Notes under the pieces: generated by a model
The model's input: the letters and a program-made list of their open reading frames with translations, nothing else
What the model was told of the DNA's origin: nothing
Database searches by the model: none
Source of the DNA: Eledone cirrhosa
Taxonomy: Eukaryota
Length of the DNA stretch: 64,000 nt
Assembly: GCA_964016885.1 (NCBI GenBank)
Contig: OZ024744.1
Location: forward strand, 4,774,001 to 4,838,000
Reading direction: 5' to 3'
Part shown: piece by piece, positions 36,848 through 50,600 of the stretch
Numbering within the stretch: position 1 is the first letter of the stretch
How the letters are laid out: the number at the start of each line of letters is the position of its first letter
Position numbers and translations under genes: made by a program

Positions 36848-39800
36848 GTTGGTAGGAGATGTCTATCTTGGTAGACAGTGGTGTTGGTAGCAGAGGTCTA
36901 TCTTGGTAGACAGTGGTGTTGGTAGCAGATATCTATCTTGGTAGACAGTGGTGTTCGTAGCAGAGGTCTATGTTGGTAGACAGTGGTGTTGGTAGCAGAG
37001 GTCTATCTTGGTAGTCAGTGGTGTTGGTAGCAGAGGTCTATCTTGGTAGACAGTGGTGTTGGTAGCAGAGGTCTATCTTGGTAGACAGTGGTGTTGGTAG
37101 CAGAGGTCTATGTTGGTAGAAAGTGAGGTTGGTAGCAGAGGTCTATGTTGGTAGACAGTGGTGTTGGTAGCAGAGGTCTATCTTGGTAGACAGTGGTGTT
37201 GGTAGAAGAGGTCTATGTTGGTAGACAGTGAGGTTGGTAGCAGAGGTTTATCTTGGCAGACAGTGAGGTTGGTAGCAGAGGTCTATCTTGGTAGACAGTG
37301 GTGTTGGTAGCAGAGGTCTATGTTGGTAGACAGTGGTGTTGGTAGCAGAGGTCTATCTTAGTAGACAGTGGTGTTGGTAGCAGAGGTCTATCTTGGTAGA
37401 CAGTGAAGTTGGTAGCAGAGGTCTATCTTGGTAGACAGTGAGGTTGGTAGCAGAGGTCTATCTTGGTAGACAGTGGTGTTGGTAGCAGAGGTCTATCTTG
37501 GTAGACAGTGAGGTTGGTAACAGAGGTCTATCTTGGTAGACAGTGGTGTTGTAGCAGAGGTCTATCTCGGTAGACAGTGAGGTTGGTAGCAGAGGTCTAT
37601 GCTGGTAGACAGTGGTGTTGGTAGCAGAGGTCTATCTTGGTAGACAGTGGTGTTGGTAGCAGAGGTCTATCTTGGTAGACAGTGGTGTTGGTAGCAGAGG
37701 TCTATGTTGGTAGACAGTGAGGTTGCTAGCAGAGGTCTATCTTGGTAGACAGTGGTGTTGGTAGCAGAGGTCTATCTTGGTAGACAGTGAGGTTGGTATC
37801 AGAGGTCTATCTTGGTAGACAGTGGTGTTGGTAGCAGAGGTCTATGTTGGTAGACTGTGGTGTTGGTAGCAGAGGTCTATCTTGGTAGATAGTGAGGTTG
37901 GTAGTAGAGGTCTATGTTGGTAGACATTGGTGTTGGTAGCAGAGTTCTATCTTGGTAGACAGTGGTGTTGGTAATAGAGGTCTATCTTGGTAGACAGTGG
38001 TGTTGGTAGCAGATGTCTATCTTGGTAGACAGTGGTGTTGGTAGCAGAGGTCTATCTTGGTAGACAGTGGTGTTGGTAGCAGAAGTCGATCTTGGTAGAC
38101 AGTGGTGTTGGTAGCAGAGGTCTATCTTGGTAGACAGTGGTGTTGGTAGCAGATGTCTATCTTGGTAGACAGTGGTGTTGGTAGCAGAGATCTATCTTGG
38201 TAGACAGTGGTGTTGGTAGCAGAGGTCGATCTTGGTAGACAGTGGTGTTGGTAGCAGAGGTCGATCTTGGTAGACAGTGGTGTTGGTAGCAGAGGTCTAT
38301 CTTGGTAGACAGTGGTGTTGGTAGCAGAGGTCTATGTTGGTAGACAGTGGTGTTGGTAGCAGAGGTATATCTTGGTAGGCAGTGGTGTTGGTAGCAGAGC
38401 TCTATCTTGGTAGACAGTGGTGTTGGTAGCAGAGGTCTATCTTGGTAGACAGTGGTGTTGGTAGCAGAGGTCTTTCTTGGTAGACAGTGGTGTTGGTAGC
38501 AGAGGTCTATGTTGGTAGAAAGTGAGGTTGGTAGCAGAGGTCTATCTTGGTAGAAAGTGGTGTTGGTAGGAGAGGTCTATCTTGGTAGACAGTGGTGTTG
38601 GTAGCAGAGGTCTATCTTGGTAGACAGTGGTGTTGGTAGCAGAGGTCTATATTGGTAGACAGTGGTGTTGGTAGCAGATGTCTATCTTGGTAGACAGTGG
38701 TGTTGGTAGCAGAGGTCTATCTTGGTAGACAGTGGTAATGGTAGCAGAGGTCTATCTTGTTAGACAGTGTTTTTGGTAGCAGAGGTCTATCTTAGTAGAC
38801 AGTGGTGTTGGTAGCAGAGGTCTATCCTGGTAGACAGTGGTGTTGGTAGCAGAGGTCTATCTTGGTAGACAGTAGTGTTGGTAGCAGAGGTCTATCTTGG
38901 TAGACAGTGGTGTTGGTAGCTGAGGTCTAACTTGGTAGACAGTGGTGTTGGTAGCAGAGGTCTACCTTGGTAGACAGTGGTGTCGGTAGCAGAGCTCTAT
39001 CCTGGTAGACAGTGGTGTTGGTAGCAGAGGTCTATCTTGGTAGACAGTGAGGTTGGTAGCAGAGGTCTATGTTGGTAGACAGTGGTGTCGGTAGCAGAGC
39101 TCTATCTTGGTAGACAGTGGTGTTGGTAGCAGAAGTCTAACTTGGTAGACAGTGAGGTTGGGAGCAGAGGTCTATGTTGGTAGACAGTGGTGTTGGTAGC
39201 AGAGGTCTATGTTGGTAGACAGTGAGGTTGGTAGCAGAGGTCTATCTTGGTAGACAGTGAAGTTGGTAGCAGAGGTCTATCTTGGTAGACAGTGAGGGTG
39301 GTAGCAGAGGTCTATCTTGGTAGACAGTGGTGTTCGTAGCAGAGGTCTATCTTGGTAGACAGTGGTGTTGGTAGGAGAGGTTTATCTTGGTAGACAGTGG
39401 TGTTGGTAGCAGAGGTCTATGTTAGTAGAAAGTGAGGTTGGTAGCAAAGGTCTATCTTGGTAGACAGTGAGGGTGGTAGCAGAGGTCTATCTTGGTAGAC
39501 AGAGGTGTTGGTAGCAGAGGTCTATCTTGGTACACAGTGAGGTTGGTATCAGAGGTCTATCTTGGTAGACAGTGAGGTCGGTAGCAGAGGTCTATGTTGG
39601 TAGACAGTGGTGTTGGTAGCATAGGTCTATCTTGGTAGACAGTGGTGTTGGTAGCAGAGGTCTATGTTGGTAGACAGTGGTGTTGGTAGTAGAGGTCTAT
39701 CTTGGTAGACAGTGGTGTTGGTAGCAGATGTCTATCTTGGTAGACAGTGGTGTTGGTAGCAGAGGTCTATCTTGGTAGACAGTGGTGTTGGTAGCAAATA

Positions 39801-42800
39801 TCTATCTTGGTAGACAGTGGTGTTGGTAGCAGAGGTCTATGTTGGTAGACAGTGGTGTTGGTAGCAGAGGTCTATCTTGGTAGACAGTGGTGTTGGTAGC
39901 AGAGGTCTATCTTGGTAGACAGTGGTGTTGGTAGCAGAGGTCTATCTTGGTAGACAGTGGTGTTGGTAGCAGAGGTCTATCTTGGTAGACAGTGGTGTTG
40001 GTAGCAGAGGTCTATGTTGGTAGACAGTGAGGTTGGTAACAGAGGTCTATGTTGGTAGACAGTGGTGTTGGTAGCAGAGGTCTATCTTGGTAGACAGTGG
40101 TGTTGGTAGAAGAGGTCTATGTTGGTAGACAGTGAGGTTGGTAGCAGAGGTCTATCTTGGTAGACAGTGAGGTTGGTAGCAGAGGTCTATCTTGGTAGAC
40201 AGTGGTGGTGGTAGCAGAGGTCTATCTTGGTAGACAGTGGTGTTGGTAGCCGAGGTCTATCTTGGTAGACAATCAGGGTGGTAGCAGAGGTCTATGTTGG
40301 TAGACAGTGGTGTTGGTAGCAGAGGTCTATGTTGGTAGACAGTGGTGTTGGTAGCAGAGGTCTATCTTGGTAGACAGTGGTGTTGGTAGCAGAGGTCTAT
40401 CTTGGTAGACAGTGGTGTTGGTAGCCGAGGTCTATCTTGGTAGACAATCAGGGTGGTAGCAGACGTCTATGTTGGTAGACAGTGGTGTTGGTAGCAGAGG
40501 TCTATGTTGGTAGACAGTGGTGTTGGTAGCAGAGGTCTATCTTGGTAGACAGTGGTGTTGGTAGCAGAGGTCTATCTTGGTAGACAGTGCTTTTGGTAGC
40601 AGAGGTCTATATTGGTAGACAGTGGTGTTGGTAGTAGAGGTATATCTTGGTAGACAGTGGTGTTGGTAGCAGATGTCTATCTTGGTAGACAGTGGTGTTG
40701 GTAGCAGAGGTCTATCTTGGTAGACAGTGGTGGTGGTAGCAAGGTCTATCTTGGTAGACAGTGGTGTTGGTAGCAGAGGTCTATCTTGGTAGACAGTGGT
40801 GTTGGTAACAGAGGTCTATCTTGGTAGACAGTGGTGTTGGTAGCAGAGGTCTATCTTGGTAGACAGTGTTGTTGGAAGCAGAGGTCTATCTTGGTAGACA
40901 GTGGTGTTGGTAGCAGACATCTATCTTGGTAGACAGTGGTGTTGGTAACAGATGTCTATCTTGGTAGACAGTGGTGTTGGTAGCAGAGGTCTATCTTGGT
41001 AGACAGTGATGTTGGTAGCAGATGTCTATCTTGGTAGACAGTGGTGTTGGTAGCAGAGGTCTATGTTGGTAGACAGTGGTGTTGGTAGCAGAGGTCTATC
41101 TTGGTAGACAGTGATGTTGGTAACAGATGTCTATCTTGGTAGACAGTGGTGTTGGTAGCAGAGGTCTATCTTGGTAGACAGTGATGTTGGTAGCAGATGT
41201 CTATCTTGATAGTCAGTGGTGTTGGTAGCAGAGGTCTATGTTGGTAGACAGTGGTGTTGGTAGCAGAGGTCTATCTTGGTAGGCAGTGGTGTTGGTAGCA
41301 GAGGTCTATCTTGGTAGACAGTGGTGTTGGTAGCAGAGGTCTATCTTGGTAGACAGTGGTGTTGGTAGCAGAGGTCTATCTTGGTAGACAGTGGTGTTGG
41401 AAGCAGAGGTCTATCTTGGTAGACAGTGGTGTTGGTAGCAGAGGTCTATCTTGGTTGACAGTGGTATTGGTAGCAGAGGTCTATCTTAGTAGACAGTGGT
41501 GTTGGTAACAGAGGTCTATCTTGGTAGACAGTGGTGTTGGTAGCAGAGGTATATCTTGGTAGACAGTGGTGTTGGTAGCAGAATCTATCTTGGTAGACAG
41601 TGGTGTTAGTCGCAGAGGTCTATCTTGGTAGACAGTGAGGTTGGTAGCAGAGGTCTATCTTGGTAGACAGTGGTGTTGGTAGCAGAGGTCTATCTTGGTA
41701 GACAGTGATGTTGGTAGAAGAGGTCTATGTTGGTAGAAAGTGAGGTTGGTAGCAGAGGTCTATCTTGGTAGACAGTGGTGTTGGTAGCAGAGGTTTATAT
41801 TGGTAGACAGTGGTGTTGGTAGCAGAGGTTTATCTTGGTAGACATTGAGGTTGGTAGCAGAGGTCTATCTTGGTAGACAGTGGTGTTGGTAGCAGAGGTC
41901 TATGTTGGTAGACAGTGGTGTTGGTAGCAGAAGTCTATCTTGGTAGACAGTGGTGTTGGTAGCAGAGGTCTATATTGGTAGACAGTGGTGTTGGTAGCAG
42001 AGGTCTATCTTGGTAGACAGTGAGGTTGGTAGCAGAGGTCTATCTTCGTAGACAGTGAGGTTGGTAGCAGAGGTCTATCTTGGTAGACAGTGGTGTTGGT
42101 AGCAGAGGTCTATGTTGGTAGACAGTGAGGTTGGTAGCAGAGGTCTATCTTGGTAGACAGTGAAGTTGGTAGCAGAGGTCTATCTTGGTAGACAGTGAGG
42201 GTGGTAGCAGAGGTCTATCTTGGTAGACAGTGGTGTTCGTAGCAGAGGTCTATCTTGGTAGACAGTGGTGTTGGTAGCAGAGGTCTATCTTGGTAGACAG
42301 TGAGGTTGGTAGCAGAGGTCTATCTTGGTAGACAGTGGTGTTGGTAGCAGAGGTCTATCTTGGTAGACAGTGGGGTGGGTAGCAGAGGTCTATCTTGGTA
42401 GACAGTGGTGTTGGTAGCAGAGGTCTATCTTGGTAGACAGTGGTGTTGGTAGCAGAGGTCTATGTTGGTAGACAGTGGTGTTGGTAGCAGAGGTTAATCT
42501 TGGTAGACAGTGGTGTTGGTAGCAGAGGTCTATCTTGGTAGACAGTGGTGTTGGTAGCAGAGATCTATCTTGGTAGACAGTAGTGTTGGTAGCAGAGGTC
42601 TATGTTGGTAGACAGTGGTGTTTGTAGCAGAGGTCTATGTTGGTAGACAGTGGTGTTGGAAGCAGAGGTCTATCTTAGTAGACAGTGGTGTTGGTACATA
42701 GGTCTATGTTGGTAGACAGTGAGGTTGGTAGCAGAGGTCTATATTGGTAGACAGTGAGGTTGGTAGCAGAGGTCTATCTTGGTAGACAGTGAGGTTGGTA

Positions 42801-44613
42801 GCAGAGCTCTATCTTGGTAGAAAGTGGTGTTGGTAGCAGAGGTCTATGTTGGTAGACAGTGGTGTTGGTAGCAGAGGTTTATCTTGGTAGACAGTGGTGT
42901 TGGTAGCAGAGGTCTATGTTGGTAGACAGTGGTGTTGGTAGCAGAGGTATATCTTGGTAGGCAGTGGTGTTGGTAGCAGAGCTCTATCTTGGTAGACAGT
43001 GGTGTTGGTAGCAGAGGTCTTTCTTGGTAGACAGTGGTGTTGCTAGCAGAGGTCTATGTTGATAGAAAGTGAGGTTGGTAGCTGAGGTCTATGTTGGTAG
43101 ACAGTGGTGTTGGTAGCAGAAGTCTATCTTGGTAGACAGTGAGGTTGGTAGCAGAGGTCTATCTTGGTAGACAGTGGTGTTGGTAGCAGAGGTCTATCTT
43201 GGTAGACAGTGGTGTTGGTAGCAGAGGTCTATCTTGGTAGACAGTGGTGTTGGTAGCAGAGGTCTATCTTGGTAGACAGTGGTGTTGGTAGCAGAGGTCT
43301 ATCTTGGTAGACAGTGGTGTTGCTAGCAGAGGTCTATCTTGGTAGACAGTGGTGTTGGTAGCAAAGGTCTATGTTGGTAGACAGTGAGGTTGGTAGCAGA
43401 GGTCTATCTTGGTAGACAGTGAGGGTGCTTGCAGAGGTCTATGTTGGTAGACAGTGGTGTTGGTAGCAGAGGTCTATCTTGGTAGACAGTGAGGTTGGTA
43501 TCAGAGGTCTATCTTGGTAGACAGTGAGGTTGGTAGCAGAGGTCTATGTTGGTAGACAGTGGTGTTGGTAGCATAGGTCTATCTTGGTAGACAGTGGTGT
43601 TGGTAGCAGAGGTCTATGCTGGTAGACAGTGGTGTTGGTAGTAGAGGTCTATCTTGCTAGACAGTGGTGTTGGTAGCAGATGTCTATCTTGGTAGACAGT
43701 GGTGTTGGTAGCAGAGGTCTATCTTGGTAGACAGTGGTGTTGGTAGCAGATATCTATCTTGGTAGACAGTGGTGTTGGTAGCAGAGGTCTATGTTGGTAG
43801 ACAGTGGTGTTGGTAGCAGAGATCTATCTTGGTAGTCAGTGGTGTTGGTAGCAGAGGTCTATCTTGGTAGACAGTGGTGTTGGTAGCAGAGGTCTATCTT
43901 GGTAGACAGTGGTGTTGGTAGCAGAGGTCTATGTTGGTAGAAAGTGAGGTTGGTAGCAGAGGTCTATGTTGGTAGACAGTGGTGTTGGTAGCAGAGGTCT
44001 ATCTTGGTAGACAGTGGTGTTGGTAGAAGAGGTCTATGTTGGTAGACAGTGAGGTTGGTAGCAGAGGTCTATCTTGGCAGACAGTGAGGTTGGTAGCAGA
44101 GGTCTATGTTGGTAGACAGTGGTGTTGGTAGCAGAGGTCTATGTTGGTAGACAGTGGTGTTGCTAGCAGAGGTCTATCTTGGTAGACAGTGGTGTTGGTA
44201 GCAGAGGTCTATCTTGGTAGACAGTGGTTTTGGTAGCAGAGGTCTATATTGGTAGACAGTGGTGTTGGTAGTAGAGGTCTATCTTGGTAGACAGTGGTGT
44301 TGGTAGCAGATGTCTATCTTGGTAGACAGTGGTGTTGGTAGCAGAGGTCTATCTTGGTAGACAGTGGTGTTGGTAGCAGAGGTCTATCTTGGTAGACAGT
44401 GGTGTTGGTAGCAGAGGTCTATCTTGGTAGACAGTGTTGTTGGTAGCAGAGGTCTATCTTGGTAGACAGTGGTGTTGGTAGCAGACATCTATCTTGGTAG
44501 ACAGTGGTGTTGGTAGCAGATGTCTATCTTGGTAGACAGTGGTGTTGGTAGCAGAGGTCTATCTTGGTAGGCAGTGGTGTTGGTAGCAGAGGTCTATCTT
44601 GGTAGACAGTGGT
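36848..44613 (+). repeat. 7.8-kb tandem duplication, copy 1 (222 monomers)
   Basis: Variants shared only with 44614..52554: GGAGATG 36855/44621, AGACTGT ~37852/~45618, GAAGTCGAT 38082/45848, GGTAATGG 38734/46500, GTACACA ~39530/~47506, GACGTC 40462/48403, TTAGTCGC ~41606/~49547, TTGATAGAAA ~43059/~51000. Confidence 0.9.
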
Positions 44614-47600
44614 GTTGGTAGGAGATGTCTATCTTGGTAGACAGTGGTGTTGGTAGCAGAGGTCTATCTTGGTAGACAGTGGTGTTGGTAGCAGATATCT
44701 ATCTTGGTAGACAGTGGTGTTCGTAGCAGAGGTCTATGTTGGTAGACAGTGGTGTTGGTAGCAGAGGTCTATCTTGGTAGTCAGTGGTGTTGGTAGCAGA
44801 GGTCTATCTTGGTAGACAGTGGTGTTGGTAGCAGAGGTCTATCTTGGTAGACAGTGGTGTTGGTAGCAGAGGTCTATGTTGGTAGAAAGTGAGGTTGGTA
44901 GCAGAGGTCTATGTTGGTAGACAGTGGTGTTGGTAGCAGAGGTCTATCTTGGTAGACAGTGGTGTTGGTAGAAGAGGTCTATGTTGGTAGACAGTGAGGT
45001 TGGTAGCAGAGGTTTATCTTGGCAGACAGTGAGGTTGGTAGCAGAGGTCTATCTTGGTAGACAGTGGTGTTGGTAGCAGAGGTCTATGTTGGTAGACAGT
45101 GGTGTTGGTAGCAGAGGTCTATCTTAGTAGACAGTGGTGTTGGTAGCAGAGGTCTATCTTGGTAGACAGTGAAGTTGGTAGCAGAGGTCTATCTTGGTAG
45201 ACAGTGAGGTTGGTAGCAGAGGTCTATCTTGGTAGACAGTGGTGTTGGTAGCAGAGGTCTATCTTGGTAGACAGTGAGGTTGGTAACAGAGGTCTATCTT
45301 GGTAGACAGTGGTGTTGTAGCAGAGGTCTATCTCGGTAGACAGTGAGGTTGGTAGCAGAGGTCTATGCTGGTAGACAGTGGTGTTGGTAGCAGAGGTCTA
45401 TCTTGGTAGACAGTGGTGTTGGTAGCAGAGGTCTATCTTGGTAGACAGTGGTGTTGGTAGCAGAGGTCTATGTTGGTAGACAGTGAGGTTGCTAGCAGAG
45501 GTCTATCTTGGTAGACAGTGGTGTTGGTAGCAGAGGTCTATCTTGGTAGACAGTGAGGTTGGTATCAGAGGTCTATCTTGGTAGACAGTGGTGTTGGTAG
45601 CAGAGGTCTATGTTGGTAGACTGTGGTGTTGGTAGCAGAGGTCTATCTTGGTAGATAGTGAGGTTGGTAGTAGAGGTCTATGTTGGTAGACATTGGTGTT
45701 GGTAGCAGAGTTCTATCTTGGTAGACAGTGGTGTTGGTAATAGAGGTCTATCTTGGTAGACAGTGGTGTTGGTAGCAGATGTCTATCTTGGTAGACAGTG
45801 GTGTTGGTAGCAGAGGTCTATCTTGGTAGACAGTGGTGTTGGTAGCAGAAGTCGATCTTGGTAGACAGTGGTGTTGGTAGCAGAGGTCTATCTTGGTAGA
45901 CAGTGGTGTTGGTAGCAGATGTCTATCTTGGTAGACAGTGGTGTTGGTAGCAGAGATCTATCTTGGTAGACAGTGGTTTTGGTAGCAGAGGTCGATCTTG
46001 GTAGACAGTGGTGTTGGTAGCAGAGGTCGATCTTGGTAGACAGTGGTGTTGGTAGCAGAGGTCTATCTTGGTAGACAGTGGTGTTGGTAGCAGAGGTCTA
46101 TGTTGGTAGACAGTGGTGTTGGTAGCAGAGGTATATCTTGGTAGGCAGTGGTGTTGGTAGCAGAGCTCTATCTTGGTAGACAGTGGTGTTGGTAGCAGAA
46201 GTCTATCTTGGTAGACAGTGGTGTTGGTAGCAGAGGTCTTTCTTGGTAGACAGTGGTGTTGGTAGCAGAGGTCTATGTTGGTAGAAAGTGAGGTTGGTAG
46301 CAGAGGTCTATCTTGGTAGAAAGTGGTGTTGGTAGGAGAGGTCTATCTTGGTAGACAGTGGTGTTGGTAGCAGAGGTCTATCTTGGTAGACAGTGGTGTT
46401 GGTAGCAGAGGTCTATATTGGTAGACAGTGGTGTTGGTAGCAGATGTCTATCTTGGTAGACAGTGGTGTTGGTAGCAGAGGTCTATCTTGGTAGACAGTG
46501 GTAATGGTAGCAGAGGTCTATCTTGTTAGACAGTGTTGTTGGTAGCAGAGGTCTATCTTAGTAGACAGTGGTGTTGGTAGCAGAGGTCTATCCTGGTAGA
46601 CAGTGGTGTTGGTAGCAGAGGTCTATCTTGGTAGACAGTAGTGTTGGTAGCAGAGGTCTATCTTGGTAGACAGTGGTGTTGGTAGCTGAGGTCTAACTTG
46701 GTAGACAGTGGTGTTGGTAGCAGAGGTCTACCTTGGTAGACAGTGGTGTCGGTAGCAGAGCTCTATCCTGGTAGACAGTGGTGTTGGTAGCAGAGGTCTA
46801 TCTTGGTAGACAGTGAGGTTGGTAGCAGAGGTCTATGTTGGTAGACAGTGGTGTCGGTAGCAGAGCTCTATCTTGGTAGACAGTGGTGTTGGTAGCAGAA
46901 GTCTAACTTGGTAGACAGTGAGGTTGGGAGCAGAGGTCTATGTTGGTAGACAGTGGTGTTGGTAGCAGAGGTCTATGTTGGTAGACAGTGAGGTTGGTAG
47001 CAGAGGTCTATCTTGGTAGACAGTGAAGTTGGTAGCAGAGGTCTATCTTGGTAGACAGTGAGGGTGGTAGCAGAGGTCTATCTTGGTAGACAGTGGTGTT
47101 CGTAGCAGAGGTCTATCTTGGTAGACAGTGGTGTTGGTAGCAGAGGTCTATCTTGGTAGACAGTGGTGTTGGTAGGAGAGGTTTATCTTGGTAGACAGTG
47201 GTGTTGGTAGCAGAGGTCTATGTTGGTAGACAGTGGTGTTGGTAGCAGAGGTATATCTTGGTAGGCAGTGCTGTTGGTAGCAGAGCTCTATCTTGGTAGA
47301 CAGTGGTGTTGGTAGCAGAGGTCTATCTTGGTAGACAGTGGTGTTGGTAGCAGAGGTCTTTCTTGGTAGACAGTGGTGTTGGTAGCAGAGGTCTATGTTA
47401 GTAGAAAGTGAGGTTGGTAGCAAAGGTCTATCTTGGTAGACAGTGAGGGTGGTAGCAGAGGTATATCTTGGTAGACAGAGGTGTTGGTAGCAGAGGTCTA
47501 TCTTGGTACACAGTGAGGTTGGTATCAGAGGTCTATCTTGGTAGACAGTGAGGTCGGTAGCAGAGGTCTATGTTGGTAGACAGTGGTGTTGGTAGCATAG

Positions 47601-50600
47601 GTCTATCTTGGTAGACAGTGGTGTTGGTAGCAGAGGTCTATGTTGGTAGACAGTGGTGTTGGTAGTAGAGGTCTATCTTGGTAGACAGTGGTGTTGGTAG
47701 CAGATGTCTATCTTGGTAGACAGTGGTGTTGGTAGCAGAGGTCTATCTTGGTAGACAGTGGTGTTGGTAGCAAATATCTATCTTGGTAGACAGTGGTGTT
47801 GGTAGCAGAGGTCTATGTTGGTAGACAGTGGTGTTGGTAGCAGAGGTCTATCTTGGTAGACAGTGGTGTTGGTAGCAGAGGTCTATCTTGGTAGACAGTG
47901 GTGTTGGTAGCAGAGGTCTATCTTGGTAGACAGTGGTGTTGGTAGCAGAGGTCTATGTTGGTAGACAGTGAGGTTGGTAACAGAGGTCTATGTTGGTAGA
48001 CAGTGGTGTTGGTAGCAGAGGTCTATCTTGGTAGACAGTGGTGTTGGTAGAAGAGGTCTATGTTGGTAGACAGTGAGGTTGGTAGCAGAGGTCTATCTTG
48101 GTAGACAGTGAGGTTGGTAGCAGAGGTCTATCTTGGTAGACAGTGGTGGTGGTAGCAGAGGTCTATCTTGGTAGACAGTGGTGTTGGTAGCCGAGGTCTA
48201 TCTTGGTAGACAATCAGGGTGGTAGCAGAGGTCTATGTTGGTAGACAGTGGTGTTGGTAGCAGAGGTCTATGTTGGTAGACAGTGGTGTTGGTAGCAGAG
48301 GTCTATCTTGGTAGACAGTGGTGTTGGTAGCAGAGGTCTATCTTGGTAGACAGTGGTGTTGGTAGCCGAGGTCTATCTTGGTAGACAATCAGGGTGGTAG
48401 CAGACGTCTATGTTGGTAGACAGTGGTGTTGGTAGCAGAGGTCTATGTTGGTAGACAGTGGTGTTGGTAGCAGAGGTCTATCTTGGTAGACAGTGGTGTT
48501 GGTAGCAGAGGTCTATCTTGGTAGACAGTGCTTTTGGTAGCAGAGGTCTATATTGGTAGACAGTGGTGTTGGTAGTAGAGGTATATCTTGGTAGACAGTG
48601 GTGTTGGTAGCAGATGTCTATCTTGGTAGACAGTGGTGTTGGTAGCAGAGGTCTATCTTGGTAGACAGTGGTGGTGGTAGCAAGGTCTATCTTGGTAGAC
48701 AGTGGTGTTGGTAGCAGAGGTCTATCTTGGTAGACAGTGGTGTTGGTAACAGAGGTCTATCTTGGTAGACAGTGGTGTTGGTAGCAGAGGTCTATCTTGG
48801 TAGACAGTGTTGTTGGAAGCAGAGGTCTATCTTGGTAGACAGTGGTGTTGGTAGCAGACATCTATCTTGGTAGACAGTGGTGTTGGTAACATATGTCTAT
48901 CTTGGTAGACAGTGGTGTTGGTAGCAGAGGTCTATCTTGGTAGACAGTGATGTTGGTAGCAGATGTCTATCTTGGTAGACAGTGGTGTTGGTAGCAGAGG
49001 TCTATGTTGGTAGACAGTGGTGTTGGTAGCAGAGGTCTATCTTGGTAGACAGTGATGTTGGTAACAGATGTCTATCTTGGTAGACAGTGGTGTTGGTAGC
49101 AGAGGTCTATCTTGGTAGACAGTGATGTTGGTAGCAGATGTCTATCTTGGTAGTCAGTGGTGTTGGTAGCAGAGGTCTATGTTGGTAGACAGTGGTGTTG
49201 GTAGCAGAGGTCTATCTTGGTAGGCAGTGGTGTTGGTAGCAGAGGTCTATCTTGGTAGACAGTGGTGTTGGTAGCAGAGGTCTATCTTGGTAGACAGTGG
49301 TGTTGGTAGCAGAGGTCTATCTTGGTAGACAGTGGTGTTGGAAGCAGAGGTCTATCTTGGTAGACAGTGGTGTTGGTAGCAGAGGTCTATCTTGGTTGAC
49401 AGTGGTATTGGTAGCAGAGGTCTATCTTAGTAGACAGTGGTGTTGGTAACAGAGGTCTATCTTGGTAGACAGTGGTGTTGGTAGCAGAGGTATATCTTGG
49501 TAGACAGTGGTGTTGGTAGCAGAATCTATCTTGGTAGACAGTGGTGTTAGTCGCAGAGGTCTATCTTGGTAGACAGTGAGGTTGGTAGCAGAGGTCTATC
49601 TTTGTAGACAGTGGTGTTGGTAGCAGAGGTCTATCTTGGTAGACAGTGATGTTGGTAGAAGAGGTCTATGTTGGTAGAAAGTGAGGTTGGTAGCAGAGGT
49701 CTATCTTGGTAGACAGTGGTGTTGGTAGCAGAGGTTTATATTGGTAGACAGTGGTGTTGGTAGCAGAGGTTTATCTTGGTAGACATTGAGGTTGGTAGCA
49801 GAGGTCTATCTTGGTAGACAGTGGTGTTGGTAGCAGAGGTCTATGTTGGTAGACAGTGGTGTTGGTAGCAGAAGTCTATCTTGGTAGACAGTGGTGTTGG
49901 TAGCAGAGGTCTATATTGGTAGACAGTGGTGTTGGTAGCAGAGGTCTATCTTGGTAGACAGTGAGGTTGGTAGCAGAGGTCTATCTTCGTAGACAGTGAG
50001 GTTGGTAGCAGAGGTCTATCTTGGTAGACAGTGGTGTTGGTAGCAGAGGTCTATGTTGGTAGACAGTGAGGTTGGTAGCAGAGGTCTATATTGGTAGACA
50101 GTGAAGTTGGTAGCAGAGGTCTATCTTGGTAGACAGTGAGGGTGGTAGCAGAGGTCTATCTTGGTAGACAGTGGTGTTCGTAGCAGAGGTCTATCTTGGT
50201 AGACAGTGGTGTTGGTAGCAGAGGTCTATCTTGGTAGACAGTGAGGTTGGTAGCAGAGGTCTATCTTGGTAGACAGTGGTGTTGGTAGCAGAGGTCTATC
50301 TTGGTAGACAGTGGGGTGGGTAGCAGAGGTCTATCTTGGTAGACAGTGGTGTTGGTAGCAGAGGTCTATCTTGGTAGACAGTGGTGTTGGTAGCAGAGGT
50401 CTATGTTGGTAGACAGTGGTGTTGGTAGCAGAGGTTAATCTTGGTAGACAGTGGTGTTGGTAGCAGAGGTCTATCTTGGTAGACAGTGGTGTTGGTAGCA
50501 GAGATCTATCTTGGTAGACAGTAGTGTTGGTAGCAGAGGTCTATGTTGGTAGACAGTGGTGTTTGTAGCAGAGGTCTATGTTGGTAGACAGTGGTGTTGG

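Noticed and set aside
47148-47423. 91-aa ORF on the minus strand as a real CDS
   Set aside because: It is the same repeat-derived peptide with a TTG start. The paralogous region at ~39.3-39.5 kb lacks most of it.
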